From: Amphiscolops sp. MND2022
Lineage: Eukaryota
NCBI GenBank assembly: GCA_964187785.1
Contig: OZ076409.1
Location: 52,702,001-52,766,000, forward strand
DNA length: 64,000 nt
Direction: 5' to 3'
Under the pieces are notes generated by a model. The model did not search any database. It saw nothing but the letters and a program-made list of their open reading frames with translations, and was not told where the DNA came from. A program made the translations under genes and the position numbers. The first letter of the stretch is position 1. Every line of letters begins with the position of its first letter. This document shows, one piece after another, positions 1 through 11,219 of the stretch.

Positions 1-2146
1 CCCTTTGTGACTTTGATTGGGGGGAAGAGAGAATGACTGTAAGTACTACCTTTTCGCTTTACTTACAAACTCCCCCTTTCGAATTTAGTTAGGTTCTCAA
101 CTCATTCCCCTTTCCAGGCCATATTCCAGCATCTCTTCAATTGCAGCATGCATGACATTGCAGACCACATCTCTTCCTCGCAGTTCTTCGCTCTGGAATT
201 TGAGGATGAAGGAGCTAGCCGCTTCATGTCACTCAGGTACTGGAAGGGTCAACACTTGTGCAGGGTCGTCATCTGCCGCAGCGGGTTGCCCAGTACAGAT
301 CTCACTGGCGAGTTAGGTTCTTTGGCCCGCCTGCTCTCGGTGGTCTCAACGAAGGCAGATATTGTGGCCTGTTCCGGATGCCCTTCTGAATTGATCCGAC
401 ACTAGATGAACTCCCGACCTCTTCCCGAGCTGTCCAAAGTTGCTTCCGATTCAGCCAACTGAGTTTACCCAAATTGATGCACAAAAGCAGTTACAGTGTT
501 TTCGGGCATCTGGACTTCTTCTCAGTGTTACGAGGTCTGGTTATCTCTTTGGGTGGATCTTCTCAAGAAGATTGGGTGCAACGCAGTCCTGAATTAGCCA
601 AGGTTAGCAAAAATTGGGGTTTCAATGTTAGGCGCACTTCTGACTAGTTTGGGACGTTAGCCTAGGTCTTACAATGATTCTGAATTTTCTCCTTAGGCTA
701 TCTCTAAAAGTGACTTGGAGCTCTCCACCTTGCCAATTCTGTGTCAGGAGCTCATGGAAGAGTGGAAATTCGTAGGTATGAAATTCTTTAGGTAGGAATG
801 ACACAGGCTTACTATTGTTTCCTGTTATGTTCTAGGTCCAGAGTTTTGAGTGGTCGCTCATCTGTGATGAGTTTTTCCTTGTCAAGCTGGAACTCTTCTA
901 CCACCTCGTCAGCGATTGTTAGTATCACAAGGTGGACTAATTTGTCTTGTTGAGACTAGTGGGGATTGTTCCTTTGTTTTTAGACAACTCCAGTTTTGTA
1001 AACAATCTGCAATGTAGACGAGACTCGTCCTTCTACCTTTTTGGAGAAATAGCCCGGTACATTTATCGGCTCTGCTTCCGCTGTTATTCTCCCGACACTA
1101 TCCCGCTAGAAAATTCATGGGTCCTTCTCTTGAATTTCCAGACCAGCGAGGGGACCTTCATGCCAGCGGACGAGTTCCTGACCCGGCTGAAGATGACCAA
1201 TAAAGTTGCCAAATCTTGCAAGCAGAAAGCGGAAGATGTGCATTCTGGCAAGAAGATTGACAGGGCTGCTGTTCAGAAGACCGCCACTACCATTAAGAAT
1301 GATTTCGTCCGGGACACTCAATCCTACTTGCAGTATCTGATTGGAACAGTCCTTCGACAAGCCGGCCTTTGCTCTAACCTCGTCAGGGGGCTTGCTGCCT
1401 TTGACCCTCACATTATGGTGCACAGGCCTACCGAAGTAGCTCTCCGTCATTTTGACCTCTTGTACCGTACCTTCCAGCTTCGATCTTGGGTTAGCTCTGC
1501 AAACGAGTCTGCCTGTCGAGACGAGTACGTGGAGTTGCTAGATCAACTTCGTGCCGCCTCTCTACCTTCCTTTGATGTCACCCAGGGTTCTCCGGATCTG
1601 ATTGACTTCCTCATCAACCTTGCTTTTATGCAGGAGCACAGTCACTTGCTGTACCTATTCAAATTGAGCTGTTTGTGTGTTACCTCTAACAGTCCTCGTT
1701 ATCCGGTAGTAACTGTGGGGTCCCTCAGCACTTCAAACTATCAAAGCAGGCTCACTGACGTAGTTTTACCCGTGCAGAGTTACCTGTCTGGAGTTCCTGA
1801 CTCTGTTGTTTTCTGTAGCAATGAGTCCAATCTGAGTAAATTCTCTCTTCTTTCCGCCTCATTCGGTCGATCGGCCTTATCCTCCTCCTATGACCCCTGG
1901 ACATTCGTTGATGAGTTTGGCAGGGGGAAGATCTACAAGACCTTATTGACGACGTATCGTTCTGCACTTTCCGGACTGGGGGAAGAAGTTGGAGACCCTC
2001 ATGGGAATGAAACTTCTACCTTTGGAGAGGCACCTGCTGTAGTACCCCCTAGTGATCGCAAGCGAAGACGGATGGAGAAGAGCAATTCGATGTCAAGGGC
2101 CTCTTCTGTCGTAGAAGAATCTCCTGCTGGCACTTCTAAGGATTAA
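1..2146 (+). pseudogene. 3' part of spliced antisense accessory gene of element A (hAT-transposase-like, homolog of B gene); last exon ORF 947-2146
   Basis: GT-AG introns 39-117 and 603-696 keep frame; peptides align with the B gene (RRDSSFYLFGEIARYIY/RSDYSFHFYTEVCQFVY, GLAAFDP/GFYAFSP, LFKLSCLCV/VFKLCCLVV, YDPW/FDPW); lesions near 400 and 920-945. Confidence 0.8.
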
Positions 2147-2357
2147 TTGTACATATGTATTTATGTACCTACAAACTGTAAACTTTGTTGATTTTCTGTT
2201 TTGTTTCTTTCGATTTCTTGATGTCTTGATCCCTTATTTATTCCTTTTTGTATGGGATCCTTTGGAATGCCCCATTATTTATTCAAAAGAAGTTCTCAGA
2301 GGGGCTCAAAAACAAAGATAAAAGAAAAGAATTCCCGTTTCCGGGAAAATTCAATTC

Positions 2358-3454
2358 TTAGTATCTGAAGTCTTCTGAGTAGTTTGGGTTAGGGTTAGGC
2401 CTGAGAATATATTTCCTTCCTCTAGGGCTCAGACTTTCATTTCTAGCATCGTTTTCAGATATTTCGGGCACGATAATATCATCCCCCTTTTCGGAGAACT
2501 TTGTGCATCGTTTTCATTCGTCAAATTTCTTTCTGAAAGAATTTCATCATTTTTTGGTCTTTCATCCGTATTCGGCAAAGTTTTTTCTTGACTTTTGGGG
2601 TGACCGGCCGGATTCGGCCAATCAGATTTGCTGTTGCTAGCCGCTTCACTAGCTTCATTCCTTTTTGTGACGTCATGATTTAATCTTTCATTCCGGCTCC
2701 GCGCCGCGTGGTCAGCGTAGTTTGTTTCGTCTCTCGTGATTATGTAATCCGCTTCATTCTCGTCTACGTCACTGTTACTCGGTTCTGCCGGATTCGGTTG
2801 TTTGCCATTCGGCAAGCTAGTCGGAATAGGATCATGTCCTCGTGTAATAAGCTGCTCGCCAAAGTCAGTTTCCTTGATATATTATATATGATTATATATA
2901 TGATTATATAATAAGTCATCTTGCGGAATAACAATTTCTTCGTCAGGCTGTAGCTGCTGTTCTTGGAAATTGTCCTCAAGAGGCTAATTAGGGACAAACT
3001 TTTTAACGCGAATTCGATGCAGTATTTGAGTTTTGTTTGTGTTGATTCGTCGTACAATATAATTTTCGTTAGGTAAGACCGTTTGGACTATAAATGGTCC
3101 AACCCAGCGATAATCGCGGAATGGAATCTTTGATCCTTGATGATCTGACTTCGGCTGTAGGACAAAGCAGTAATCATTCTCCTTTAGTGGAGCAGCTTTT
3201 GCCTTGCGATCATAGTATTCTTTGTACTTGATGTAGGACTGCATAATACTTTGCTTCGTTTTGTCAATCACGTTTTTCGTCCGATTTTGTCTTTCTTCAG
3301 CAAATTCGGTTGTTGGATTGACTTGCTCGTTTGGATTGTTTCCAAGCTTGTGGTCGAGAATATTATATGGAATTCTTCCGTGGAATACTCTCGTCGGTTC
3401 ACAACCGATGCTGGCGTGACAACTAGTATTATGATTCAGTACTGCTAATGGCAA
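2358..3454 (-). pseudogene. pol: Element A integrase C-terminal region and tail (frameshifted)
   Basis: ORF 2984-3454 with WVGPFIV...NYIVRR...LHRIR (GPY/F-type); tail ends RKYILRPNPNPNYSEDFRY*, matching B KYNLLSNPKPNANPDFR. Confidence 0.85.
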
Positions 3455-3469
3455 GTATTCATGCCATTG

Positions 3470-5248
3470 TCAGCGATATTCTCCACATGCCATTTTTAGA
3501 TTTGTTTTCAATGAGGCATGGGTTCGCTCTAATTTCCCAATTGTTTGCGGGTGTTTTGTTGTTGCGCATTTGAGTGTTATGCCCAAAATCTGCGTAATCT
3601 CCGCAATAATTGTAGAAGTAAATGCAGTACCTTTGTCAGTGATGAGTGTTGTAGGTAAATACGCATGTTTGGTCATAATGTCAATGAGCGCTTTTGCTAC
3701 ATTGATCGCTGACGCGTCCGTAAGAGGATAGGCAAACAAATATCTAGAGAATACATCAATTGCTGTTAGGACATTTTCATATCCTCCACTTGGAGGAAGA
3801 TTCGGCAATAGGTCGATCTGCATGGCGTCCTCAGGTCCAAGGTCCCATTCGGGCAAGTTGAGTAATTCAGGCGTAATTGTTGCATTGGGGACTCGTTTGT
3901 CCATTGCACATTCTGCACACCCTTCTACCCATTTTTTGACGTGTTTAGCAATGCTGGGGTAGTAATACCTCTGTCGAATTTCCTGCAACATTTTTGAGAT
4001 ACCAGGATGTTTATGCGCTGTCCCATGGAGGGACTGAAGCAATTCCAGGAGTAGGTGTTGCGGGAGCAGAATTTGATGGTATTTGACATTCCCTATTTCG
4101 TCAAAGTATTGCCTTGTCAGGATTTCGTCCTTAAGTACAATCCGTTCCAGGTTGTTTGCGTAATGTCTGTATCGGGCATCCTCTTGTAGTAAGTTCTCCG
4201 AATACTCTTCATGAAGGAGTTTTGCCTTTAGTTGTTGTAGTACTGCATCTTTGGATTGCTCGATGATGATTTGGTTCGTTTTCCTTAATCGGTCTTGTGT
4301 ATCAGGGTGTTGTTTGACTAAGTTTGTTGACAGAGTTTGTATTGTAACCGTGGGCTCATCAACAGCTGGATTCTTTCTGATTGCTTCTTTTCTTGCCCAG
4401 TATTGTTCCTCTGTCTCATCGTCGTCATTAGTGTAGAAGATTTGTTCTTCTTGTGTGACCCCTGCAGATTGGACGTTAATTTCGATTGGTAACGTTTGGA
4501 CGTCTTCACGAATTTCCATCACCAATTTGTCCTTCGGATCTGCTTCCAATGGGGACAAATAGTCGGCAGCTGTATTTTGTGCCCCTGGGATGTGTGCTAT
4601 GACAAAATTGAACTGGATGACATAATCACACGCGTTCCACAGGGCTGGGGGTATTATTTTTGTTTGGAAAAATATCGTGACAGCTTTGTTGTCCGTAAGG
4701 ATGATGACTGGTTTCGGCGCACCCCAGAAGATATGTCCGAATTCTTTGAATGTAAAATAAATTGCAAGGAATTCCTTGGCATAAATTGACATTTTGATCT
4801 GTGCTGGGGTGAAAGTTTTTGATCCATATGCGACTGGTGCATACGATTTTCTGAGCGACGTAAATTTCTGGCTTGGGTCGTCTTCGATTAGGACCGCGTA
4901 CCCGGCTGCACCAAAACTTGCATCAGTCATTAGTGCTATTTGCTTGTTTGGAATGGGTTGCTGTAGGTCCAACTCGCAACATTTGTCTAGTGCTCTGTTA
5001 ATTTCTTCGAATTGTTGGACTAATTCTTTCGATACTAGGACCTTTTCGTCACTTTTGAGCATCTTGTAGAATGGAGCAAGGCGTTCGGAGAGTCTTGGGA
5101 CATAATTCCTGTAGTAGTTTAGGAATCCCAAATATCGTTGTAAAGCCTTTTTCGACTTCGGGAATTTGGTCTTTTCCAGAAAGTTTTGCATGTTCTGTTT
5201 CTGGGGTTTGACGCCTTGTGTTTGACGCCAAATCAATTTCTTTTGCAC
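3470..5248 (-). CDS. pol: Element A pol fragment: RT thumb, RNase H, integrase zinc finger and core
   Basis: LGFLNYYRNY, LMTDASF, YAKEFLA, TDNKA, H-x5-HPG...CAEC, QIDLL, LITDKG, GKLERTH motifs. Confidence 0.95.
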   Translation of the reverse strand: MQKKLIWRQTQGVKPQKQNMQNFLEKTKFPKSKKALQRYLGFLNYYRNYVPRLSERLAPFYKMLKSDEKVLVSKELVQQFEEINRALDKCCELDLQQPIPNKQIALMTDASFGAAGYAVLIEDDPSQKFTSLRKSYAPVAYGSKTFTPAQIKMSIYAKEFLAIYFTFKEFGHIFWGAPKPVIILTDNKAVTIFFQTKIIPPALWNACDYVIQFNFVIAHIPGAQNTAADYLSPLEADPKDKLVMEIREDVQTLPIEINVQSAGVTQEEQIFYTNDDDETEEQYWARKEAIRKNPAVDEPTVTIQTLSTNLVKQHPDTQDRLRKTNQIIIEQSKDAVLQQLKAKLLHEEYSENLLQEDARYRHYANNLERIVLKDEILTRQYFDEIGNVKYHQILLPQHLLLELLQSLHGTAHKHPGISKMLQEIRQRYYYPSIAKHVKKWVEGCAECAMDKRVPNATITPELLNLPEWDLGPEDAMQIDLLPNLPPSGGYENVLTAIDVFSRYLFAYPLTDASAINVAKALIDIMTKHAYLPTTLITDKGTAFTSTIIAEITQILGITLKCATTKHPQTIGKLERTHASLKTNLKMACGEYR

Positions 5249-7130
5249 CGAAGTGACATTTGTGCATTGTTAACTTAAGGCCTGCATCCTGAATGCATTT
5301 GAACGTAGCTCTCAGGTTCGTCATGAGGTGGTCAACATCATTGGCTACGATGCCGATATCGTCCACATACTGGGCACACTGATCCGCTTTAATGACTTTA
5401 TCAAGGTGTTCTCTCATGAAACTCGAGAATGCGGATAGTGACCGGCTAAGGCCTTGTGCCAATCGTCTGTAAGCGAATGTGCGACTGGCAAAATTGAAAG
5501 CCAACATTTCTATTGAACGTTGGTTGGCCATTGGTAGGCAGTGGTATGCCTGCGAGCAGTCCAATTTACAGAACAGTTTTTTGCCTGCTAAGTGCTGGGC
5601 AGCATCGACTAGTGTACTGACGGGGTGATTATTGTTGATATAATCATCTGAGATAAGGTTGTTGATTTTTCTCAAGTCAACCAAGAGTCGGAGTTTCCCA
5701 TTCGGCTTCTTTTGTGCGAATATTGGACTTGCATATTTCGAAAATGGCAGTGTAGTTATTATGCCATATTTGTGTAATATGGCTAATTCAACTAGGATGT
5801 CCTCCTTCAAGTTGATAGGAGCTGGAAGGCTTTGACTATAGGCTGGGGAATCGTCCTTAGGCGTCAATTTCACCTTGAATTCCTCGTTCATGCCTATATT
5901 AAATCGGTGTCGTGCAAAGATGTCATGGAATTCCACTAACAATTCCTCAATTTTCTCCTTTTCTTCAGGAGTAAGGGTGGAATCTTTCCAGTCAAAGTTT
6001 TCTAAGAATTTTGCACGCGATTCTGCATCTGTAGTGGGGTCGAGTGTCTCTAGGTTCTGTAGGGCCTGTAACTCGCGTAGGATTCGTTTTTGTATAGGTG
6101 TGTGTTCCTCAGGATTTCCAGGATTTTCTGGAGTTGGGAACCAATAATTTTCGGAGTTTTGTGGATTTCTATTGGTCTTGATGAGACTGCTGACATAATG
6201 GGCTGCTTGCTCCTGGTCATTCTGCAAAAGGTGCCAGGTTGATGCCGGATCTACCGGTTTGACATACTTCATCTGTTCTGGCGTCATGACTGAGAAATTG
6301 GCAATATGAAGTCCCTTTTTAAGTTTATAAGGATGGTCTGTGAAATTATTCACAGGTATGGATATACTGCCGTCATTTAGAGTGACCAAGGCTGGGCAAA
6401 ATGTGATGTCGCCTTCTTCATGTAGAAGGTCGCTCGGCTGCCAAATCCCAGTAACCGCATTCTCAGGATACAGTAAGGAATTGGTCCTAATTAGGACTCT
6501 GTCGTTTGGCGGAATTGTTATTTCAGTGGGGTTGAGAATCGGTTCTAGTACGTTGGAGTATTTGTGGTCAGCTGTTTTAAGTTGCATTGAAAAGAACGGG
6601 AAGTTCAGAATTCCTTGTCTCATATCCAGAACTGTATGATTTCGCTGAAGGAACATCAGTCCAATAATCGGTCCTGTCAAGTGTTCCATTACTATGAAAA
6701 ATTCGTGGAATTCAATGTCACCAACTTCAAATTTGAGCTCTATTGTACTCTTGGGAGTTTCCAGTTGCCCATTAGCGACCATGATTTGGAAATTTGGAGG
6801 TGGACCTTCCCGGATGACAGATTGTGGAGATAAAAGGCGGATTTTCCGGAGGTCCATTTCAGGGATTGCACTGGACAATGCTCCAGTGTCTATAAGTCCA
6901 TCAATGGTCAATTCCCCAAAGTCCATTGGGAAATAAAGCATGCGTTTGTTGCATTTGAGATTAATGTTGGTTGACAGGGGTATACAGTCTGGTTCACCAT
7001 CTCTGGTAATGAGTACATTTTGGAATTGTTTCTCGTCTAATAGTGATTGTGGTATGGTGTCGGTAGTATTTTCAGGATTCTCGGTTCCCAGAGGGTTTGG
7101 GAACACTGGGTGGTTTGTACCATCGTTCAT
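5049..7130 (-). CDS. pol: Element A pol fragment: aspartic protease and reverse transcriptase
   Basis: LIDTGA protease site; LRLLVDLRKIN, KLDCSQAYH, LAQGL, YVDD; frameshift near 5240. Confidence 0.95.
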   Translation of the reverse strand: MNDGTNHPVFPNPLGTENPENTTDTIPQSLLDEKQFQNVLITRDGEPDCIPLSTNINLKCNKRMLYFPMDFGELTIDGLIDTGALSSAIPEMDLRKIRLLSPQSVIREGPPPNFQIMVANGQLETPKSTIELKFEVGDIEFHEFFIVMEHLTGPIIGLMFLQRNHTVLDMRQGILNFPFFSMQLKTADHKYSNVLEPILNPTEITIPPNDRVLIRTNSLLYPENAVTGIWQPSDLLHEEGDITFCPALVTLNDGSISIPVNNFTDHPYKLKKGLHIANFSVMTPEQMKYVKPVDPASTWHLLQNDQEQAAHYVSSLIKTNRNPQNSENYWFPTPENPGNPEEHTPIQKRILRELQALQNLETLDPTTDAESRAKFLENFDWKDSTLTPEEKEKIEELLVEFHDIFARHRFNIGMNEEFKVKLTPKDDSPAYSQSLPAPINLKEDILVELAILHKYGIITTLPFSKYASPIFAQKKPNGKLRLLVDLRKINNLISDDYINNNHPVSTLVDAAQHLAGKKLFCKLDCSQAYHCLPMANQRSIEMLAFNFASRTFAYRRLAQGLSRSLSAFSSFMREHLDKVIKADQCAQYVDDIGIVANDVDHLMTNLRATFKCIQDAGLKLTMHKCHFGAKEIDLASNTRRQTPETEHAKLSGKDQIPEVEKGFTTIFGIPKLLQELCPKTLRTPCSILQDAQK

Positions 7131-7144
7131 CTGCCAGTTTTCAA

Positions 7145-7582
7145 TTAGTGCCCGTGTTTCTTGTTGTGAGTGATTGGAGGGTTCTCGTGGGCTGTTTTAT
7201 TGTAGAGCTCGATGTCGTCTAAAACATACTGGAATTGCAGGAGGTCCTGGTTATAGATCTCTGTATCCCAATAGGGATCTCTGCCATAATCCGGGTCGAT
7301 GTATGTTGGGTTGTAATCATCGATAAGGGGAATGGGCCTGAACCGAGTTCTGAAGGTGGTTGTATAATCTGGGTCCCAAACAGGAATTGGTTTCTGGAAC
7401 AAATGGGTGTTATTGTAGGTAATGACGGTGGCTTTTTCCATCTGCTGCTGCCAGACAACAGAGGGATAGCCCATCAATTGCTGATTGTATTGATGAAAAG
7501 TTTTCGTTGGAGGATCCGACCTGATGTATTGGCGGACGTATATGAGTTCGCTATATTGGAGTCGTGGCAAAGTTAGTTTTTT
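7145..7582 (-). pseudogene. pol: Element A pol N-terminal segment entered by -1 frameshift
   Basis: -1 frame from the AAAAAAC heptamer reads KLTLPRLQYSELIYVRQYIRSDPP, homologous to B KLITPRLRFGETVDARAYSPEDP. Confidence 0.7.
7573..7582 (-). promoter_or_regulatory. -1 ribosomal frameshift site A AAA AAC followed by gag stop TAA (element A)
   Basis: TCAAAAAACTAA on the minus strand, identical in element B; the -1 frame opens into the pol-proximal ORF. Confidence 0.75.
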
Positions 7583-8685
7583 GACTCATTATTGGAAGAT
7601 GAGGATTGGGAGTTTGATGACGTTTGTTTGTTCTGAGGCTTCTGGGCCTTTGGGTTGGGCTTATTGTCAGTTGAGTCCTCAGGCCTAGTGCGTTTGGGTT
7701 TAAGATGCGCACCTGCACCTTGCCAACATCTTTCTTCCGGGTGGTTCTTTTAGCCACAAGTGCCACACTCCGGATATGTTTTCTTTTGAGTCGACTTGCC
7801 TTGTTGGGCGTCTTTTTCTTTTTTTTTTCAACTTTTCTCAGTCCTTGACCATGTGGCCCTTTTCCTTGCAGTAGTTGCAGGTGATGTCCGACATTTGTCC
7901 AGTGGACAGAGGCGTTTTGGGCTTAGTGGTTGAGGAGGTCATTGTTGCCATCGGTAGATCGTCTGACTCCTCAAGGGCGTTAAGCTCCAGCTCTCTCTCC
8001 AAATGAGCAACTATCTCATCATATGAGCCATTTTCTAGCCTGGCCATATTGACTGATCTTTTTAGTTTTGGTGGCAGTTTTGCGTATAGCAAACTGTCAA
8101 TCATTTTCTGCGCATGGTCTCCGAATGCCTTTTCTGCCCCTTGATTTAACTCTTCAAGGAAGTCAGGCAATTTCATCGTATTGGGATCAAAGACCAGACG
8201 GTGCCAATTGTGTTTGGCAGTCGCCTGGGACTCAGGTTTGACGTATTTCCGTCGGAAAATGACTAGTACGTCTTCAACAGTTTGACGATTTGTTGAGCTG
8301 ATATTTCGGAATGTTTGGAGAGCATTCTTCCTCAATAGTGAATGAAAATGGTTAATTTTCATTTGCTCAGTCATTTCTGGCTGCATCTTGATCATGGTAT
8401 GGAAAAGATCTTCAAACAGCTCAAATTTCTCACTTTTGCCGTCGAACGTCATAGTATTTGAGTTGACTGGACGTATTGTGAGTTGCTGGGCTGTCGGTCT
8501 ATTCTGCATCGTAGTCAAGACGTCTGCCAGTCGAGTGATGGTGTCAGGGCCAGCAGCCGTAGCAATTCTCTCCTGCGCTGGGATCGTCGTATCGAGGTTA
8601 ATGTCCTCATAGGACCTGTCGAGATGATTCCTTGATGAGATTCGTCCTGTGAGAAACTCAGGAACTTGGTTTGGAGATTCGTTGT

Positions 8686-8697
8686 CTCCTGTCACCA
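8686..8697 (-). promoter_or_regulatory. Primer binding site TGGTGACAGGAG (element A)
   Basis: TGG-starting 12-mer directly adjacent to the LTR end; identical in B and C. Confidence 0.9.
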
Positions 8698-10648
8698 TGT
8701 CATGACCAATCAGGTCAGGGTATTCATCATTTGGTAGGCTTTCATCCTGTCCTTCTCTCAAGCCGTTCTTTGCGTTTAGGTTTCGCTGAACTTCGGAATT
8801 TAGTTCAGGTCTCTCGGACGGAAAGTCCCATCCTTTTCTGGTCCCGTGTCCTGATCCGGCCATAATAACATTTTGAATTTGAGGAAGTACTTGGGTACTT
8901 AATGCATCACTTATGGCCCTCTGTATTTGGACATTCACAGAATTCATCATCTCATCCATTTCTCGTGAGATACGAGAGTTTAAATTGCTGGACAACCTAT
9001 TTATTTCAGCGCTAGAATTACCTGTGACTGAATTTCGGTCACATTCGGTGTTCATCCCTGTGTCAATATTTCTCTGAGATCTGTTCATGTTCTCATTTCC
9101 ATTTTCAGATTCATTACTTACAGAACTCCTATACCTTCCAGGTAAGTTGCTATTCAAGCTGCCTTCCCTTTCCCTCGTACTGAAATGACTCTCACCTAAC
9201 ATTATATCTAAGTTCTCGATATCAGATAACATTTCGTGTCCTCTTGACTTTCTTTCTTTCTTCTGTTTTCTAGTTGTAGGCATTGAGACAGATCTGGGTC
9301 GAATATTTCAATTATCAGAACCGGAAAACGGTATTTCGTTATAGGTTTGCAACAAAGATTATTTTCAACTGATTGTAAAGAGCAGAACATAAGATTGTGT
9401 CTGACCAAGGAAGTAGCACCTATATATACTGCCTCGGGCATGACATACATAGTTCGAATACTAAAAATGTGATGACCACATTCCGAGAGCACCTGATTTT
9501 CATAATTTTACAAACATCAAAGTACCGCTAAAATGTGATCGGAACAGTCACACGACCATTCAAATTCTTACTTTGACCTCACTAATAAACATTTGAAAGG
9601 CACGCAGAGCATCAAAGAACATCATATAAAATGCACAAGCCGCTCATATTCAAGGAATGCCAACAATCTCGTGCCGGCACGTGCCCCGTTATCAGACAGG
9701 ACTGACTATAAATCAACATTATTACATGCTATTGTACATGCTAATTTCTATGAAATATTGCCACAGATTGCACAGGTTAGTTGGTGAAAGTGGCCAGAAA
9801 GGTCTTTCAGACCGGCGCATGCAGTAACATCATAGATTAGCATCGATCACACTAATTAGTTTAGAGAACTACATGAATGTTTATAACACGATTACAAACA
9901 TACATTACATTTAAAGTACATGAACTCATCAAACAAAACATCCGGTTATTAATTTGAATAGGAGCCTTAACCGGCTACTACCCGGTTGGTTCTGGCAATG
10001 CGAAACAATAATCAGGCAATTGGCCTTATTCGGCCCAGTATCAAGACAAAGCACTAATTACTAAATTGAACATTTAACCAGTGTTAAAGCACAACTATTG
10101 TATTAGTAATCAACACTCAAAGGTATTACAATGTGTTTCTTTCATTACTGCTTCGTGGCCGGAATCGGCCGTTTGACTAAAGCACCGATAGATAAAAACA
10201 GAGTTCTGTCGAGTGGCCTTAACCGGCCATTTGTCGAATACAGCAATAATAGCACAAGGATGGATAAATATGATTGGCTAACGAGGTGAGCTCAAGTGAC
10301 GTCTCCGGAATCAGAGTTGCGTTCACTTGAACTCGTTTCCTTTACGCTATTTAGCCGTGTTTGCTTCAATTATATTATTGTACTGCACTTCAAGCTTTGC
10401 AAATATCAGCTCACTATTTGAATCTTTCAGTTGTTGGCATTAACGGACTAATACTGGCAAAAGGTGTACAGTAATTAAAAAATTGGCAACAGTAACAAAT
10501 CTAACTTACAAAACTAGCAAATAAACATAAGAGTTTGAGTTTTAAACGTTTTTACTTCTCTAATAGATTGGTAGGGTGCCGGTCGCTATCTCTTGCATTT
10601 CTGCTGAAGTCGTGATTCTAGTGCCATCACAGGCGGCAGCCTGCGACA
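8698..10648 (-). repeat. 5' LTR of element A (~1.95 kb)
   Basis: Inner edge fixed by the PBS; outer edge inferred from TGTCGCAG resembling the TGTCACAG start of B/C LTRs; TATATATA at 9421-9428; partner LTR not in window. Confidence 0.65.
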
Positions 10649-11029
10649 GCTCTCAAACGTCCAGACCCACTATCGGAAAGTTACAAAAGAAAGACCTTAA
10701 AATCCTGAAATTTTTGTAAAAATCATTTTTCCAGCTTTCTTTGAGCCTGTTACAGCAGCCTTATTACTGCTAGAAACGGCGGTCATTGCTCTAATTTGGG
10801 TAATGATTCTGCTCAAGGCTTTTCTGACGCCGTTGTTGGCGTCAGTTTTGCAATTGAAAGAACAATATCGATATCGAAATGGTTGTAAAAATCATTCAGT
10901 AATTTTGTTTTGAGTGATGTCTAGATTATTTTTCCATAACTCTTAATTTAATGGTTTTCTGATTCTACTTTTTCTCGATATCGAGCAGTTCGTAGCAATT
11001 TTTTTCTTGCCATATTCGGCTTCTTAGTT

Positions 11030-11219
11030 AGATTTTTCTTGCCATTTTGGGCTTCTTAGTAAGATTTTTCTTGGAAACATGGCTCTCTTGATAAGATTTT
11101 ACCATGGCATCTTGCAATTCTTGGCAATATCTTGTCACGATCTTAGCTAAGATTTTTCCAAGATCTTGGCAAGATCTTGCCAAGATCTTACTAAGATATC
11201 CATGGAGGGTCGTTCCGGG
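11030..11219. repeat. AGATCT/CTTGGCAAG-rich palindromic repeat, MITE-like; related to the repeat starting at 20251
   Basis: TCTTGGCAAGATCTTGCCAAGA palindrome; reverse complement of its end (CCCGGAACGACCCTC) resembles CCCGGGTTGACCTTC at 20251. Confidence 0.45.

Larger units (their letters stand above)
7573..9283 (-). pseudogene. gag: Element A gag (ORF 7838-9283 plus disrupted C-terminus with two zinc knuckles)
   Basis: FDGKSEKFELFEDLF capsid-like block shared with B gag; CNYCKEKGHMVKD* and CGTCG*KNHPEERC knuckles with premature stops. Confidence 0.9.
1..10648 (-). mobile_element. Ty3/Gypsy LTR retrotransposon A (5' LTR, gag, pol, antisense accessory gene; 3' end lies outside the window)
   Basis: Minus-strand gag, then PR-RT-RNaseH-IN in Gypsy order; PBS at 8686-8697 abutting a TG-starting LTR edge; same architecture as complete element B. 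Confidence 0.9.

Noticed and set aside
2386..2399. GGGTTAGGGTTAGG as a telomeric repeat
   Set aside because: Only two units, and it is the antisense of the integrase-tail codons for PNPNP
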